Assembly (NCBI RefSeq): GCF_022045235.1
Contig: NW_027266308.1
Coordinates: 9,734,001 to 9,798,000 of the forward strand
Direction: 5' to 3'
Length of the DNA stretch: 64,000 nucleotides
Origin: Haliotis cracherodii
Lineage: Eukaryota
In this document: positions 1 through 13,725 of the stretch, in pieces
How the letters are laid out: each line of letters starts with the position of its first letter
Position numbering within the stretch: the first letter of the stretch is position 1
The notes under the pieces: model-generated
Database searches by the model: none
The model's input: only the letters and a program-made list of their open reading frames with translations
Told to the model about the DNA's origin: nothing
Made by a program: the position numbers and the translations under genes

Positions 1-882
1 CCAGCAGTGAATGGGTACCCGGTAGGATATGATGGCAATTTTATATATCTAAAAAATAATTTGCGAAAAAAAGGTCAAGAAACATAATTTGGGGAGGATA
101 AGCATAATGGCGTAACTGTAGGCTCTAAAGCGTAATGGCTGGCATCTCTGTAATCCTGCTCCCTGGTTCTCCAGAATGCCAATACAGGCATCCCTGTTGT
201 AGCCAACAAGGATGAGATACTGGAGGCCTATCCAGGAATGCAAATTGGTACTAGCCCGACCGGTCAGCTTGTCTAACGTAAAAGGTATTTAATGATAGAA
301 CTTAAGGCTTCTGGGGGAGTGCCCTTTCATTGTTACCAATATTTTGGCCAGTAAACATGTCAGTAAAGTTCCATCCTGCGGTTCTGTCTAAAATCTACAT
401 GAATTACTTGTCTCAAGAACAAAGACATCTAAAACATTTATAACTTCTGTCCCTCCGGGAGCCATGTCCAGTCAAGTCCGATGTCCACAATATGCTAACA
501 AGATCTGTCACAAGACAATGGGGCCTGTCTACAGCCATGAAGCTGACTGCTACAGCTGTCACATCAGGTCCTGTCGATCCATCATCCCAGGACATCTACA
601 GCCCTGGACACACACTCACGTCACAATAAACACATCGTCCTCGCAGGGATATTTATATTTATGCCACCATATTTGTGAATCCACTTTGCATTTGTTGTAA
701 GATGTCTGCCGCTTTGGCTTGGTTGTCCCAGGAAGGAGGTCTATCAACAATGATTTCTATTCATGCTCTGTCAACACTAACACCATGGTATAGGCATTAT
801 AGAAACAAACCTGTTAGAGCAAGATCCATGGTAGGACTCAGATCTATTGGGGATTCTGAGTTTTGTGACACACAGCATATCT

Positions 883-1124
883 TGTTTGTCTGTTTTTTTC
901 TTTAACTCCGCGCTCAACAATATTCCAGCTACATGACAGCGGTCTGTAAATAACTGAGTCTGGAACAGACAATCCAGTGATTTACATCATGAGCATCAAA
1001 CAAGTCAGCAAGACTGATCACCCAATCCCGTTAGTCGCCTCTTACCAATGCTTACGACAAGCATAGTTGCCCCTTATGGCAAGTATGGGTTGCTGAACCT
1101 ATTCTAATCCAGATCTTCACGGGT
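883..1124 (-). mobile_element. Retroposon family C
   Basis: Shared blocks CAGACAATCCAGTGAT and TTACGACAAGCAT. Confidence 0.8.
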
Positions 1125-1175
1125 CTACAGTATAATTAGTTGGCATATTTTACAACATGTTGGTAACATTCTAAA

Positions 1176-1331
1176 GGGGGTAGTTGGGTAGCCAAGTGGT
1201 TAAAGCGTAGGCTTGTTACGCTGAATGCCTGGGTTTGGTTCCTCACATCGGTGTATGTGAAGCCTATTTCAGGCGTCCCCTGCATGATATTGCTGGAATA
1301 TTGCTAAAAGCTGCATAAAACCCAACTCACT
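1176..1331 (+). mobile_element. SINE family A, diverged
   Basis: Diverged A/B boxes and the shared GATATTGCTGGAATATTGCTAAAAG tail. Confidence 0.8.
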
Positions 1332-1389
1332 AAAACATTGAATGATGCATTAAGATTGTATGAACTGATCCTAAGGACAGTTGCTGATG

Positions 1390-2265
1390 CCCACCAATGT
1401 CATCAGGAGACACAGACCCACCAATGTCATCAGGATACACAGACCCACCAATGTCATCAGGATACACAGACCCACCAATGTCATCAGGTGACACAGACCC
1501 ACCAATGTCATCAGGAGACACAGACCCACCAATGTCATCAGGAGACACAGACCCACCAATGTCATCAGGATACACAGACCCACCAATGTCATCAGGTGAC
1601 ACAGACCCACCAATGTCATCAGGAGACACAGACCCACCAATGTCATCAGGGGACACAGACCCACCAATGTCATCAGGAGACACAGACCCACCAATGTCAT
1701 CAGGGGACACAGACCCACCAATGTCATCAGGGGACACAGACTGACCAATGTCATCAGGAGACACAGACCCACCAATGTCATCAGGAGACACAGACCCACC
1801 AATGTCATCAGGGGACACAGACCCACTAATGTCATCAGGGTCAGGAGACACAGACCCCTCAATATCATCAGGAGACACAGACCCACCAATGTCATCAGGG
1901 TCAGGAGACACAAACCCACCAATGTCATCAGGATACACAGACCCACCAATGTCATCAGGAGACACAGACCGACCAATGTCATCAGGTTCAGGGGACACAG
2001 ACCCACCAATGTCATCAGGGGACATAGACCCACCAATGTCATCAGGAAACACAGACCCACCAATGTCATCAGGGGACACAGACCAACCAATGTCATCAGG
2101 ATACACAGACCCACCAATGTCATCAGGAAACACAGACCCACCAATGTCATCAGGAGACACAGACCCACCAATGTCATCAGGAGATACAGACCCACCAATG
2201 TCATCAGGGGACACAGACCCTGCAATTTCATCAGGGGACACCTGAGCCCTCAATGTCATCAGGGG
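1390..2265. repeat. 27-bp minisatellite (CCACCAATGTCATCAGGAGACACAGAC)n
   Basis: About 30 units, a few with 6-bp insertions. Confidence 0.97.
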
Positions 2266-3289
2266 AAGTTATGATGAGGCACCTATTATTACTGTAATCC
2301 CTACAATGACTGTGCCATGTAGTCTGCAAACTTGTGCCAGAGAAATAGAGTTGCTCCAAAAAAGACTTTTTTCTGAATTTAACCTCAAGTCATCCCCAGT
2401 ATTCAAAATTGAAATGGATTTTGGGGTCGAGACTTTCTCTTAAATCATGGGACCCCTGAATATTTAACTTTTAAAACTAACTTGTAACAAGGACCACTGA
2501 CATCCATGCTTCATTTTGAATCCTGCAACACAAACAAATTTTCTCAATTTTGCCTCCTGACCAAGAACATCTGCAAAACAGGAAAATATTTCCAAGATCA
2601 AAGTTTCTTCTCCATATATTTACACCAATTACAGCTGACGCATGTAACAATGTGAATGTAATCGTTCACAGCCCCCAAAAGAACAATCATTACACCATCA
2701 GATTTAGTAGATGTGTAAAACAATAAAAACACACATTTGAGGTTAATGGATTACAGGGCTTGAGTGGAAATACCTGGCTGAGACACGCTTGGCACGGCGC
2801 CAGTATTTACAAATAATCACCTGTAATATATTAGCGAGAGGGAAGGATGTGAAACAAGCTGTAACTCAGTGTTTCTCCTTCAGATAACCCCGTCTCCCTC
2901 CCTCCGCCATCACAGGATGGAGATGGGCCATCTTCAGCTCACATCACAAGCTTTGTGCTTCTCCACAGGAAATATGGCAGAGATAAGTGTTGAAGAGGGG
3001 AAATAACTCTTGTGGGAGGATATGACTTTGGGGTGATTAGGGCCCATACGCTAAAAAGTGTTCTCCGTTACAAGTTAGATGACCAACACACTCCCACCTT
3101 AACAAGTCACTAGACTACATGTCCTAAGTGTTCTGTCCCAATCTGATGATCCAGCCTGGGATTATTTTCCCTAATGTGACATGATGACAAGGACATAAAC
3201 TCATGTTACCCCATGTACGCACCACTGTAACCCACACGATATGGGGCCAGATCATGTGTACTGGGGCTAATTCACTGGCATGAGGGAAC

Positions 3290-4200
3290 TTCATGTCAAT
3301 CATGCCCAGTTCATGTCCATCATGGCACGTCATGTAAATCATGGCACGTCATGTCAATCATGGCACGCCACATCAATCAGGGCACGTCATGTCAATCAGG
3401 GCATGTCATGTTGATCATGCCTTCTTCATGTCAATCAGGGCACGTCATGTCAATCATGGCACGTCATGTCACTCAAGGCACGTCATGTCAATCATGGCAC
3501 GCCATGTCAATCAGGGCACGTCATGTCAATCAGGGCATGTCATGTCAATCATGCCTTCTTCATGTCAATCAGGGCACGTCATGTCAATCAGAGCAGGTCA
3601 TGTTAATCATGCCTTCTTCATGTCAATCAGGGCACGTCATGTCAATCATGCCTTCTTCATGTCAATCAGGGCATGTCATGTCAATCAGGGCACATCATGT
3701 TAATCAGGGCTAGTTCATGTCAATCAGGGCTAGTTCATGTCCATCAGGGCAAGTTCATGTCAATCAGGGCTAGTTCATGTCAATCATCGCTAGTTCATGT
3801 CATCTAGGGCCAGTTCATGTCAATCAGGGCTAGTTCATGTCAATTAGGGCTAGTTCATGTCATTCAGGGCTAGTTCATGTCATTCAGGGCTAGTTCATGT
3901 CAATCAGGGCTAGTTCATGTCAATCAGGGCTAGTTCATGTCAATTGGGTCTTTCACGTCAATCAGGGTTAGTTCATGTCATTCAGGGCTAGTTCATGTCA
4001 ATCAGGGCTAGTTCAAGTCAATCAGGGCTAGTTCAAGTCAATCAGGGCTAGTTCATGTCAATCAGGTCTTTCATGCCAATCAGGATAGTTCATGCCAATC
4101 AGGCTAGTTCAAGTCAATCAGGATCAGTTCATGTCAATCTGGGCTAGTTCATATCAATCAGGGCTAGTCCAAGTCAATCAGGGCTAGTTCAAGTCAGGGC
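3290..4200. repeat. 20-bp minisatellite (TTCATGTCAATCAGGGCTAG)n with two sub-domains
   Basis: GGCACG/GCCTTC variants up to about 3700, GGCTAG variants after. Confidence 0.95.
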
Positions 4201-5236
4201 ACTGGGTCACATGTCCAAAGCCATCTCATGTAGAAGGTATCCCTTTGGGAATGCGGAAATTTCTATGTCAGTAACACAGTTAATTTCGAATTAATTTCCT
4301 CAATACCCAAAAATATTGAAACTCTGACATTATATTTTAGAAATATTCCTTTCATTTTCCTGCCTCTTGGTCATATAATTCTTAAAACAATAAAATAAGA
4401 GTCCCACCCTTATACTAAAACATCACTCACTTTCTTTCCGACCATATTGGAAAGACGTTTAATTGGAACTGTATTGACAACAAATAGAAGTGAACATGCT
4501 ATTTCACAACAATTAAGAAATACAAATCTCTTTCAACCTGTTTGATGAAACTTAAACATGGGGAATTTCTGCACTTGGTGCCATGAGACCACACCAGTTT
4601 CTTTCATAATTGTCAAATAAACACATAAAATACCTTACACATGCTGAAATATTCAACACTAATCGTTTTCTGCCATCCTGATTTAGCGTGAAGCATGCAC
4701 ATGTATCAATGCAAGTTATTATTGATCCTGATAAGGGTGCCCTTCATCCAGGAAATATGGAATTAATAATTATCCATGTGTGCTGTGTAAATATATAAAG
4801 CTGTCGATTGCCCAAACTGCCAATTATGTAATAACTTGAAAAACTAGGCTGCATTGGTTTAGCTGGGAGTACAAATATAAAATTCTCCAAGACAAGTATT
4901 TCTTTGTTGTTGGGAAATGTTTTTGTCATTATTAGCATTGGAAATAGCCTTGTTACCAGCTGAAAGCCGTTAATCCTGTTTTATGAGGAAATGGCACAAA
5001 CATTGTAAAAAGTGTGATTTATTATTTTGAAATATTTACATATGATTCATTTGGAGGCTGCAAGAGCTAACAGTCATGGGAATCTGTGAACTAGGCAACA
5101 GTGTATGCTTCACAGCTTGTTTTTGAAAATTTATTATAAGGGTCTGTCTAACTACTTCCATGGTTTATTATATCATAGATTTAATCAAGTCAATCAATTG
5201 TTATCTTATTATTATAAGCAGTAACATTCACAGAGT

Positions 5237-5352
5237 GATCATCATCATCATCATGATCATCATCATCATCATCATCATAATCTCCATCATCACATCATCA
5301 TCTCCATCATCATCATCATCTCCATCACCATCATCACCGCATCATCATCTCC
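5237..5352. repeat. (ATC)n microsatellite abutting the assembly gap
   Basis: Direct reading; N-run at about 5354-5962. Confidence 0.95.
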
Positions 5353-6884
5353 ANNNNNNNNNNNNNNNNNNNNNNNNNNNNNNNNNNNNNNNNNNNNNNN
5401 NNNNNNNNNNNNNNNNNNNNNNNNNNNNNNNNNNNNNNNNNNNNNNNNNNNNNNNNNNNNNNNNNNNNNNNNNNNNNNNNNNNNNNNNNNNNNNNNNNNN
5501 NNNNNNNNNNNNNNNNNNNNNNNNNNNNNNNNNNNNNNNNNNNNNNNNNNNNNNNNNNNNNNNNNNATCNNNNNNNNNNNNNNNNNNNNNNNNNNNNNNN
5601 NNNNNNNNNNNNNNNNNNNNNNNNNNNNNNNNNNNNNNNNNNNNNNNNNNNNNNNNNNNNNNNNNNNNNNNNNNNNNNNNNNNNNNNNNNNNNNNNNNNN
5701 NNNNNNNNNNNNNNNNNNNNNNNNNNNNNNNNNNNNNNNNNNNNNNNNNNNNNNNNNNNNNNNNNNNNNNNNNNNNNNNNNNNNNNNNNNNNNNNNNNNN
5801 NNNNNNNNNNNNNNNNNNNNNNNNNNNNNNNNNNNNNNNNNNNNNNNNNNNNNNNNNNNNNNNNNNNNNNNNNNNNNNNNNNNNNNNNNNNNNNNNNNNN
5901 NNNNNNNNNNNNNNNNNNNNNNNNNNNNNNNNNNNNNNNNNNNNNNNNNNNNNNNNNNNNNNAAATCCATGTGTGTTTAAAATATCTGTGAATTTTAAAA
6001 TATTCAAAGAGTTTCAAGCGATACTCTCAAGAGCCATACAACAACAGAAAGAATATGCCTCTCGACCCAAAGCTATCTGCCTCATGTTAAAAGTATACTT
6101 GGACAAGTAAATTTTTAATATTCATAATACACTAAATACTACAAAAGAAACCTGTTTTATATCAGATGAAATATGTTGATTTTATTTCTCGTCTTTGCAC
6201 ATTGTAATCAGAGTTTGACCATGATGACAGATTTCTGGCCAAAAATAAAACAAACAACAGAATTATGGATAATCTTATAAAAACTATGTTTTGCGGTGTG
6301 ACAACCTGAAATAGCTGTCTCATAATCACAACTGCATATCATTTTGTGCCATATCCGAGGCCTAAAGTGTCCTCTTGGCAGAACACTATTATTACCCTGG
6401 ATTTTTCTGAGCTAGGTTTGGTATTCACCTAATCATCTCATCCTACTGGGTACCCATTTGTTGCTGGATGAACAAAGGCTTATTTCTAACAGAGTCACCT
6501 GCCTAGGAAGACCACAGTTTCACTACTACCTACATCCATAAACATAACAAAGAGATGGCAATAATAATAATAATAATAGTAATAATAATAATAATATTGC
6601 ATCAAGGGAATCTCATGGTGCAAGAAACCATATTCCCCAATCACTGGATCAAAGTGCACTACATTTTCATTTACAGCTCCCTGGGGAGTATACAACCCAA
6701 GCTGCCTGTGAGGTACTAGAAGGTTAAGAGTCACATTAGCATCTCATCCTACCGGGTATCCATTCACTGCTCGGAGAATAATGTGTATTTACTGTAAATA
6801 TATATATACCGGCAAGTACCCTGGTCTCATTTGCCATCATTGCTACATTCTGAGACTGTTGTGAATGACATGACACTGAATATA

Positions 6885-8084
6885 TACTGAACCAAATTAA
6901 AAACTTCACAATCCTAAAATTTTAACATTTTGACCAGTTATCACTGCGGGCCCTTATTGTGTATTTAAACAGTAATGGCCACGTATTGTCTTCAGATAAC
7001 ACCCGTTTTTTTACGGGTGAATCGATCAAAATCATGTGCACAGCACTATAGTGGCAAAAGTGTTTTTTCACGTGCAACTGGTCACGTGGCCATAATACCG
7101 CACGTGTTTTCAGCCATACTTGATAGCAGTCATTAACAAAAATAGAAAAACACAAGAAAACAAAAGTCTTTACGGACATTTGTCATGACACGCCTTTCAA
7201 ATGTGCAAGGTGAACTTGCCATCGCCATGTTGCAGACGGGAACTTCTGTAGCTTATGGACTCAGAGGAATTGGAATCAAGTCGTCTACAGTGATGAATCC
7301 CGATTTAATCTTCAATTTTCTGATGGTAGGGCGAGGGTGTGGAGGCGCCGTCATGAACGTTACGCCCAGTGTTGTGTACAGGAAGTTGACAGATTTCGAG
7401 GCGGAAGTGTCATGGCGTGGGGTTCTTTCTGTGGCAATGTACGTTCCAGGCTTCTTGTCATCCGGGGCAACCTCAATGCTGCTGCTTACCGCGACCAGGT
7501 ACTGGAACCAGAACTTCTGCCTTTTATGGCAGCACATGAACCCTGTTTGATCTTCCAACACGACAATGCCAGACCCCACACAGCAATTTTGACAAGGAAT
7601 TTCCTTCAGAATGCGGGAATTAACGTCATGGACGGGCCATCAAGGTCTCCCGACCTCTATCCCATCGAACACGTCTGGGATGCTCTTGGCAGAAGTCTGC
7701 TCACTTTCCAGAACCAACCACAGAATTTGCAAGATCTTGGCACCATTTTGCAGCAACAATGGCGTCGTCTTCCCAATCATGTGTTCACAAGCATCACAAG
7801 ATCCATGCGGAGGCGTTGTGTGGCAGTTGTCAACGCACATGGTGGCCATACACGCTACATAACTTGTGTGCCATCCGATTCTCGTGCTTGGGACTTAAGA
7901 TTTAAACTGTTGATGTTATTGCCGAATACTGTAGGTGCTTGGAACAAATTATGGTTACCACTGTTAATTAAAATCCTTCTTTGGACATTAATGATTTAAA
8001 ATTACCTTCTCTGATACATTTGTCCGTTGTATATCATATATAGGATTACTTTTAAAAATGTGAAGTTTTTAATTTGACTCAGTA
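6885..8084 (+). mobile_element. Tc1/mariner DNA transposon, internally deleted
   Basis: 26-bp TIRs (TACTGAACCAAATTAAAAACTTCACA, 24/26 match) flanked by TA. Transposase remnants include SDESRF, FQHDNARPH, SPDLYPIEHVW and GGHTRY. Confidence 0.92.
7185..7860 (+). pseudogene. Tc1-family DDE transposase pseudogene
   Basis: N-terminal start (MTRLSNVQGELAIAML) jumps with a frameshift to the catalytic domain. Most of the DNA-binding region is missing and there is no stop after GGHTRY. Confidence 0.88.
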
Positions 8085-8785
8085 TATCTGTTCAATCAAT
8101 TACCATGTTCTTTGTGATTGAAACAAGCGGGGACATCGCCAGTCTTGACCTGCTCTGTTGTGTCTTGAACACAATGGGGAACGCCTGAGAACACAAGGAA
8201 GTCACTTCCCCTGTCTTAATACTCAGGAAAACATTCTCCTCCAGCTGAAAGATCCTGACTTGATTAAATGTTTACAGGGCTTGTTTGTACCAGGTCACAT
8301 TTTTTAAAGTTAGATCTATGCAGAAACCTCCTTCAGATGTGACATTTTGATAGTATGTTGATTTCAAGTTCAAGAGTAAGAGAAATTTGGTTGTAAGACT
8401 AAGTTTCAATTATTATCTGGGATTAAGTTGATTCGGCCAGTTGGTTTCTGTGTAAAATGTAACATATTATATATTTATACAACATATAATATGTGCATTT
8501 ATAATGCACCAAAGTTCATTCACCAAGTGGATGCTCATAGCGCTACACTCTTATTATCCCCATCAATGGATCAGTGTGCACTTGATGTTCATTCTCAGCT
8601 CCCTGGGGAGTATACAACCCATGTACATGTGTTTACTTGTCAGAGAAGGTTATGGTCTCTTTGGAAGGTTTTTGCAGTTGCCAAAGGCAATAGATTTAAA
8701 ATTATTATCTTATTATTATAAGCAGTTACATTCACAGAGTGATTTGGGTTTTTTCAGGAGTCAATGACCTGGGTAATCTCAAGTA

Positions 8786-9016
8786 CCGTATTTCCTCTAT
8801 TAGACGCCCGGGCTTCTATTTATTTCGGACAAGCCTTTGACCCGGCGTCCATTAGAGGCCCGGGGTCTATCGGAGGCCCAGCTTCTCTTAATACCCCCAT
8901 TTCACTATGACCACGAATGTCCCGAATCGTCACGAAATGGAAATATTTTGTGTTCGTAGATATCCGTAGATTGTAAAATCAATTATTCGACCCGGCGTCT
9001 AATAGAGGAAATACGG
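8786..9016. mobile_element. TcMar-type MITE
   Basis: TIR CCGTATTTCCTCTATTAGACGCC...GGCGTCTAATAGAGGAAATACGG with TA flanks. Confidence 0.88.
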
Positions 9017-9773
9017 TACTTTTTTTATCACTTTATTTCTTTTTTCTTGGGTACATATAGCACATGTTATTTCAATAGTATATTACATTATGTTGGTCAA
9101 TTTAAGAATATGAAATTAATATATAATCAAATAATTGTTGGATAGGCACATTTGTCAAGACAGTATGGTTAAACAAAAAAGCTGTGTCTTGACGACCAGA
9201 AGGTCATAAATTTATAGTATTCACTTTTCTGTATGAGATATATTTTTGCGTATGATATAAGCGATTTGCTGTGCAGAGTTGCGTCCCTTGGGCACGCCAG
9301 AAACCTATGATTGTGGGTTCGAATCCCGGTTCGCCCCGATTATGTTTCTAGGTTTGTCAGATTCAAATTGAATGTGTTTGCATTAAGTTTTTATAATTAT
9401 TATATTTTATTACATTTTCCTTCAAACCATACTTATCACCATTTCATGTACTTTTTTCAATAAGAGACAATAACATCAAACAGTAAACTGTAATCTGTAA
9501 ACATCATTCAATTGTTTGTTTGTTTCGTTGTTTTAAATGCCACAGTCAACAAACTTGCAGCTTTATGGAAGCTTGAAAATAATCCAGTTTCGAGCAGACA
9601 ATCCAGTGATTGATATTATGAGCACTGATCCACACCATCAGGATACGCCATCAACCAAGTCAGAGAGCCTTACTATCTGATCCATTAAGTTTCTTCTGAC
9701 ATCCATCATAGTGCTGGGGTCCTATTCAAATCTAGACTCCCCAAGACGGCCCCATCCTAAAGAAGGTACTTAC

Positions 9774-10165
9774 TAGGGCTGGGACGAGTCCAAATTTACA
9801 ACCCGGGTACCAACACCCCTATTACCCGACCCTACCCAGGTACCCTCTGTAGGTCTCCAGAGATAGGGCCAAATGTCCGACGGGCAATAGTATGACCGAA
9901 GCCCTGGCAAAATGTATTTGGATACTCGTATAAAACAATCTTTTCATGCATAAAATGAAGTTGACTGAAGTTTTATCTTTATTCAAACATGTACAGTCAG
10001 AAGGAATGCAAACATTAGTCACTTATAGTGTAACCATAGAGTTCCAGATAATTTTTGTAATAATATATCACATGATTAATCACGGGTCCGGGTAGTCCTG
10101 TGGGTACCCAGGTCCTACTCAGTACCCACCCGACCCGAGTACCCGAGTTACCTGTCCCAGTCCTA
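9774..10165 (+). mobile_element. hAT-type MITE (family E)
   Basis: TAGGGCTGGGAC...GTCCCAGTCCTA termini; perfect 8-bp TSD GTACTTAC. Confidence 0.88.
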
Positions 10166-10169
10166 GTAC

Positions 10170-10840
10170 TTACCAAGTTTAATTAACAGGTTTTGAGAAA
10201 GTGTAACCATAAACTTATAGGTAAGAGTTCTTTTATCTTGGGAGCTTGATCTTTGACCTTTGACCTTTTTATAGACTTCCAAAGGTCAATGTGAAATATG
10301 TCCATTGTACATATCCTCTAATGTTAATATTCTTTGCATCGAATTCTCAAGAAAGTATGATACAAATACACTGCACAGTTACCTTAAAGGTGACCTTGAC
10401 TTTTGACACAAAAGGCAACGGACATGTGATATGTGCTGGGATTTGTCAAGAAAGATGAAAACATAAGGTTCCATGCCTGTAAAGATAAGCACGCCCCAGA
10501 AACTGAGAATGACGTAGCCTTGTTTTACAAAACCTGAACAGTGACCTTGACCTTGGAGTAATTTTAACCAAAACCTTTTCGAACAAGAAACCATACTAGA
10601 GAAGGTATATGTCAAGTTTAAGTACAAATGCATGAATCTTTTTCGAGAAAGTGTACCCACAAACATTTGTGAGTTTTTCTCTTGTGACCTTGACCATTGG
10701 CATTTTCATGACATGACAAAGAATTCCCAAGAGCCACTTGGAAGAAGTCCATTTAAAGAATTAATATCTCATGTCAATAATCTTTTTGAAATAGGCTTTA
10801 CAAATGTCACTGGCAGAGCACCAGATTCCAACAAAAACTA
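10170..10840. mobile_element. Degenerate TGACCTTGA-rich interspersed element (Helentron/HINE-like)
   Basis: Repeated TGACCTT(T)GACC motifs; family assignment is tentative. Confidence 0.4.
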
Positions 10841-10927
10841 AAAGCCTTCGTATTTCACAGGCCTGCTAAATATACCACACTAGCCAATATGAAGCAACCC
10901 CTGTATTGGGAGTACACATAACTATTA

Positions 10928-11269
10928 CCGTATTCAACGTACTAAGCGCCCCGCTCTAACAAGTACCCACGGCTATATTTCCTAATATATTGGCTGGTGA
11001 ACAATCCCAATTAGCACCCCTTCCATTGATCAATGTACACAAGACTTATTTATTCGTGCATAATACGCACTCGTGTGTTATATGCACCCTTAATTATGGG
11101 CAAATTCTGGAAAAATATAAATCTGTTGTATATAAACATTTCAGACTGTCAGCATAAACCACGAAATTTAGGATCTTTCAACTGTTTTTTTCACCAAAAT
11201 AATATGCCAATAAGAGCCCCCTAATTCTAATTTTGAGAGCGCCCTGGGCGCTTATTACGTCCAATACGG
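10928..11269. mobile_element. TcMar-type MITE (related CCGTA termini)
   Basis: Imperfect TIR CCGTATTCAACGTACTAAGCGCCC / GGGCGCTTATTACGTCCAATACGG with TA flanks. Confidence 0.75.
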
Positions 11270-11759
11270 TATACACAAACAATGATGTCCTAAAGAAAGA
11301 AAATTGAAGCATTTTAAGCCTGTCCACAGCCAAATGTCAAGCTCTCCAGCCCTAATACTCTATTGCTCTATATAATCTAAAAAACATGATCTTTTAATTA
11401 AAAATTAACATTTGAAATACTATTCTAATTGTTATGTTTGAGAAAGAAGCATTTTTGAATAAATAAACAAATATAAAATGAAAGGGCCTTCAACTAAGTC
11501 ATGGTCTAACATAGATTATTTTTGCTAAGAATACAGGATTCTGAAATGTCACTGTAGAATTCAATTGATGAAAGTGTGCACAAGGAGATAGGTATTGTCC
11601 TACACACAATATCACGGTGGATTCACCCCTGTGTTCATGTTTTCACAGACCTAAAAGAATAGGCCACGCCCACAAGCGGACTCTCGTTTCCTGATTGGCT
11701 GATAATCTTGATCTTGACATTGTGAATAATTAAACTAAGAATTAAAAATTGGTAAATCG

Positions 11760-11938
11760 TGAGTGAGTGAGTGAGTGAGTGAGTGTGGTTTAACACTGCT
11801 TTAAGGAAAATATTCCAGCAATATCACGGCGGGGGACATCAGAAATGGGCTTCACACATTGTACCCATGTCAGCAATCAAACCCGGGTCTTCCGCATGAC
11901 GAGTGAACGTTTTAACCACTAGGCTACCCGATCGCCCC
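11760..11938 (-). mobile_element. SINE family A
   Basis: Same body with (GAGT)n tail on the plus strand. Confidence 0.85.
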
Positions 11939-12659
11939 TGGTAACCGAAGATTTATTACTGACATCCTGTTTTGGTAATAAAACAACTGCTGCCCTCAGT
12001 CCTATTCCACACAATAAATGCATGTCAGGGATTAATCCCCTAGGTGCAAAGCTGAAAGCCTCTTCAGTGTTGTTATGAAGGGAACATAAGTTCTGGGCAC
12101 TGTAATCAAATGGATGACAGGGTGTTGGACTGATCGTCATGTTCGTTGAAATTGTGGAGCGCGTCAAAAACCCGGAACCCGTTTTAACCCCAGTAAGGAG
12201 ATTCCCCTCAGTGGCAGAATTTCTCGTTTGATTTCGCATGTCATTTTTTACCATCTGTTTTACACTATTTCTGTTTTTCAAATTTTATTTTGGTCAAGTA
12301 TTTGTGATTAAGTACGCCAAAAAGTATTAAAAACTGCAAAGTTGATATGTTGACTTTACTTGCCTTTTAATAGAGGCATAAATGTAACAAAATGGTGTGT
12401 GCACATTGCGTAAATCTGCTTATACATCAATTCTCAAGAATTCACTTTTTTAATTTGTACTTTCAAGTACGAAAGTACTTTCATTTTCTTGTTACTTGTT
12501 ATTTGTTACCATAAATATGATGTGTTATTTTCAAAAGAAAGGAGGATCAACTGCATGTACAAAGTATTGAACGGTATAAGAGTACAAGAGTGATGCATGG
12601 ACAGATGGAATAACAGACAAACAGAGCCCATTTCTATAGCCCCGTAATTCTTGGTTGGT

Positions 12660-12923
12660 GGGGGCATGGGTGGCCCAGTCGTCTAAGGCGCCGCGATTCG
12701 CTGTGCAGAGTTGCGTCCCTTGGGCACGCCAGAAATCTATGATTGTGGGTTCGAATCCCGGTTCGCCCCGATTGTTTCTAGGTGTGTCAGCACCATACCC
12801 GTGCTCGTGGGTTTCACCTGGAACCTGCATCACTTCAGGCTTTCCTCCCACATTAAGCTGACACGCCGTGATACAACTGGAATAATGTTAAACGCGGCGT
12901 TAAACCCAACTCACTCAGTCACT
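12660..12923 (+). mobile_element. tRNA-derived SINE family B
   Basis: TGGCCCAGTCGTCTAAGGCG head, B box GGTTCGAATCC, CACT tail; homologous to the copies at 27961 and 53147. Confidence 0.9.
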
Positions 12924-13585
12924 CTTTGTTTGGGAGGGGGGAATAAACCTAAATAGTAGAGGTCTGTTCTCCGGGATATACTGAATAATAAGCAGTAAAA
13001 TTTAAACTGGTCCTGTAAATGTAATGACTGCCGGTCCCAGTGTCAGATGGAAACACAGAACACCTACTGACTTGTAGGCAACATCGGACTCAATTTAGAG
13101 TGGTTTCTTTCAGCTTCTGTTTCAAAACCTCTACGTGAGGTCAGGTGACCTGGGAGGAACCTCGACCTCCCAAACTAAATGAAAGGTGCGTGGGTTCTTG
13201 AGCCAATCAGAATACAGCTTTCTAAGAAGTGTCATTTGGAAATTTCAATCATAATAATAATAATGAGTCCATTTGTATGGTGCCAAACTCAATACCAGCT
13301 CGTGTGCTCTTGGCGCTTACATCATTACCCCAGTCAATGGATCAATGAGTCATGACTCCAGAAAATCCACACAAATTCCCTAAATAGTGCACCCATTTTT
13401 GTTTAGAAACAATAGTGTGATAACATATCGACCACAGACATTATTGGTGCTGGTTCTTGATGCTGACTGTCTGACTGACCTCCTATGCAGGTATCCGGAG
13501 ATCTTCACACCATGTGGTACAGTACTGGAATAACAGATCTGATTACAATGCAATTGGTTTCCCTACATGACACTTGTGGACGTAC

Positions 13586-13725
13586 CTGTAGAACTTGAGT
13601 GCCACCTCCGGCTGGTCTGTGTAGAAGTGGTGAGTGCCTATGCAGGCCACAGCTTCAACGTGCATGTTGTCGAAGTGTAATACCTCCTTGTAGAACTTCA
13701 CAGCATTGTCCATCTCATTCAAACC
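13586..13725 (-). CDS. TTC8: TTC8 coding exon 7 (last exon found in the window)
   Basis: GLNEMDNAVKFYKEVLHFDNMHVEAVACIGTHHFYTDQPEVALKFY(R). 140 nt, donor GTACGT. Confidence 0.94.

Noticed and set aside
1330-2259. 309-aa SPDDIGGSV-repeat ORF and overlapping ORFs
   Set aside because: Product of a 27-bp minisatellite open in several frames; no unique coding sequence or splice context.
5160-6110. Long ORFs across 5.2-6.1 kb
   Set aside because: Artefact of the N gap and the (ATC)n tract.
7337-7999. Active transposase
   Set aside because: DNA-binding domain largely deleted, frameshifted from its start codon, and the natural stop appears lost.
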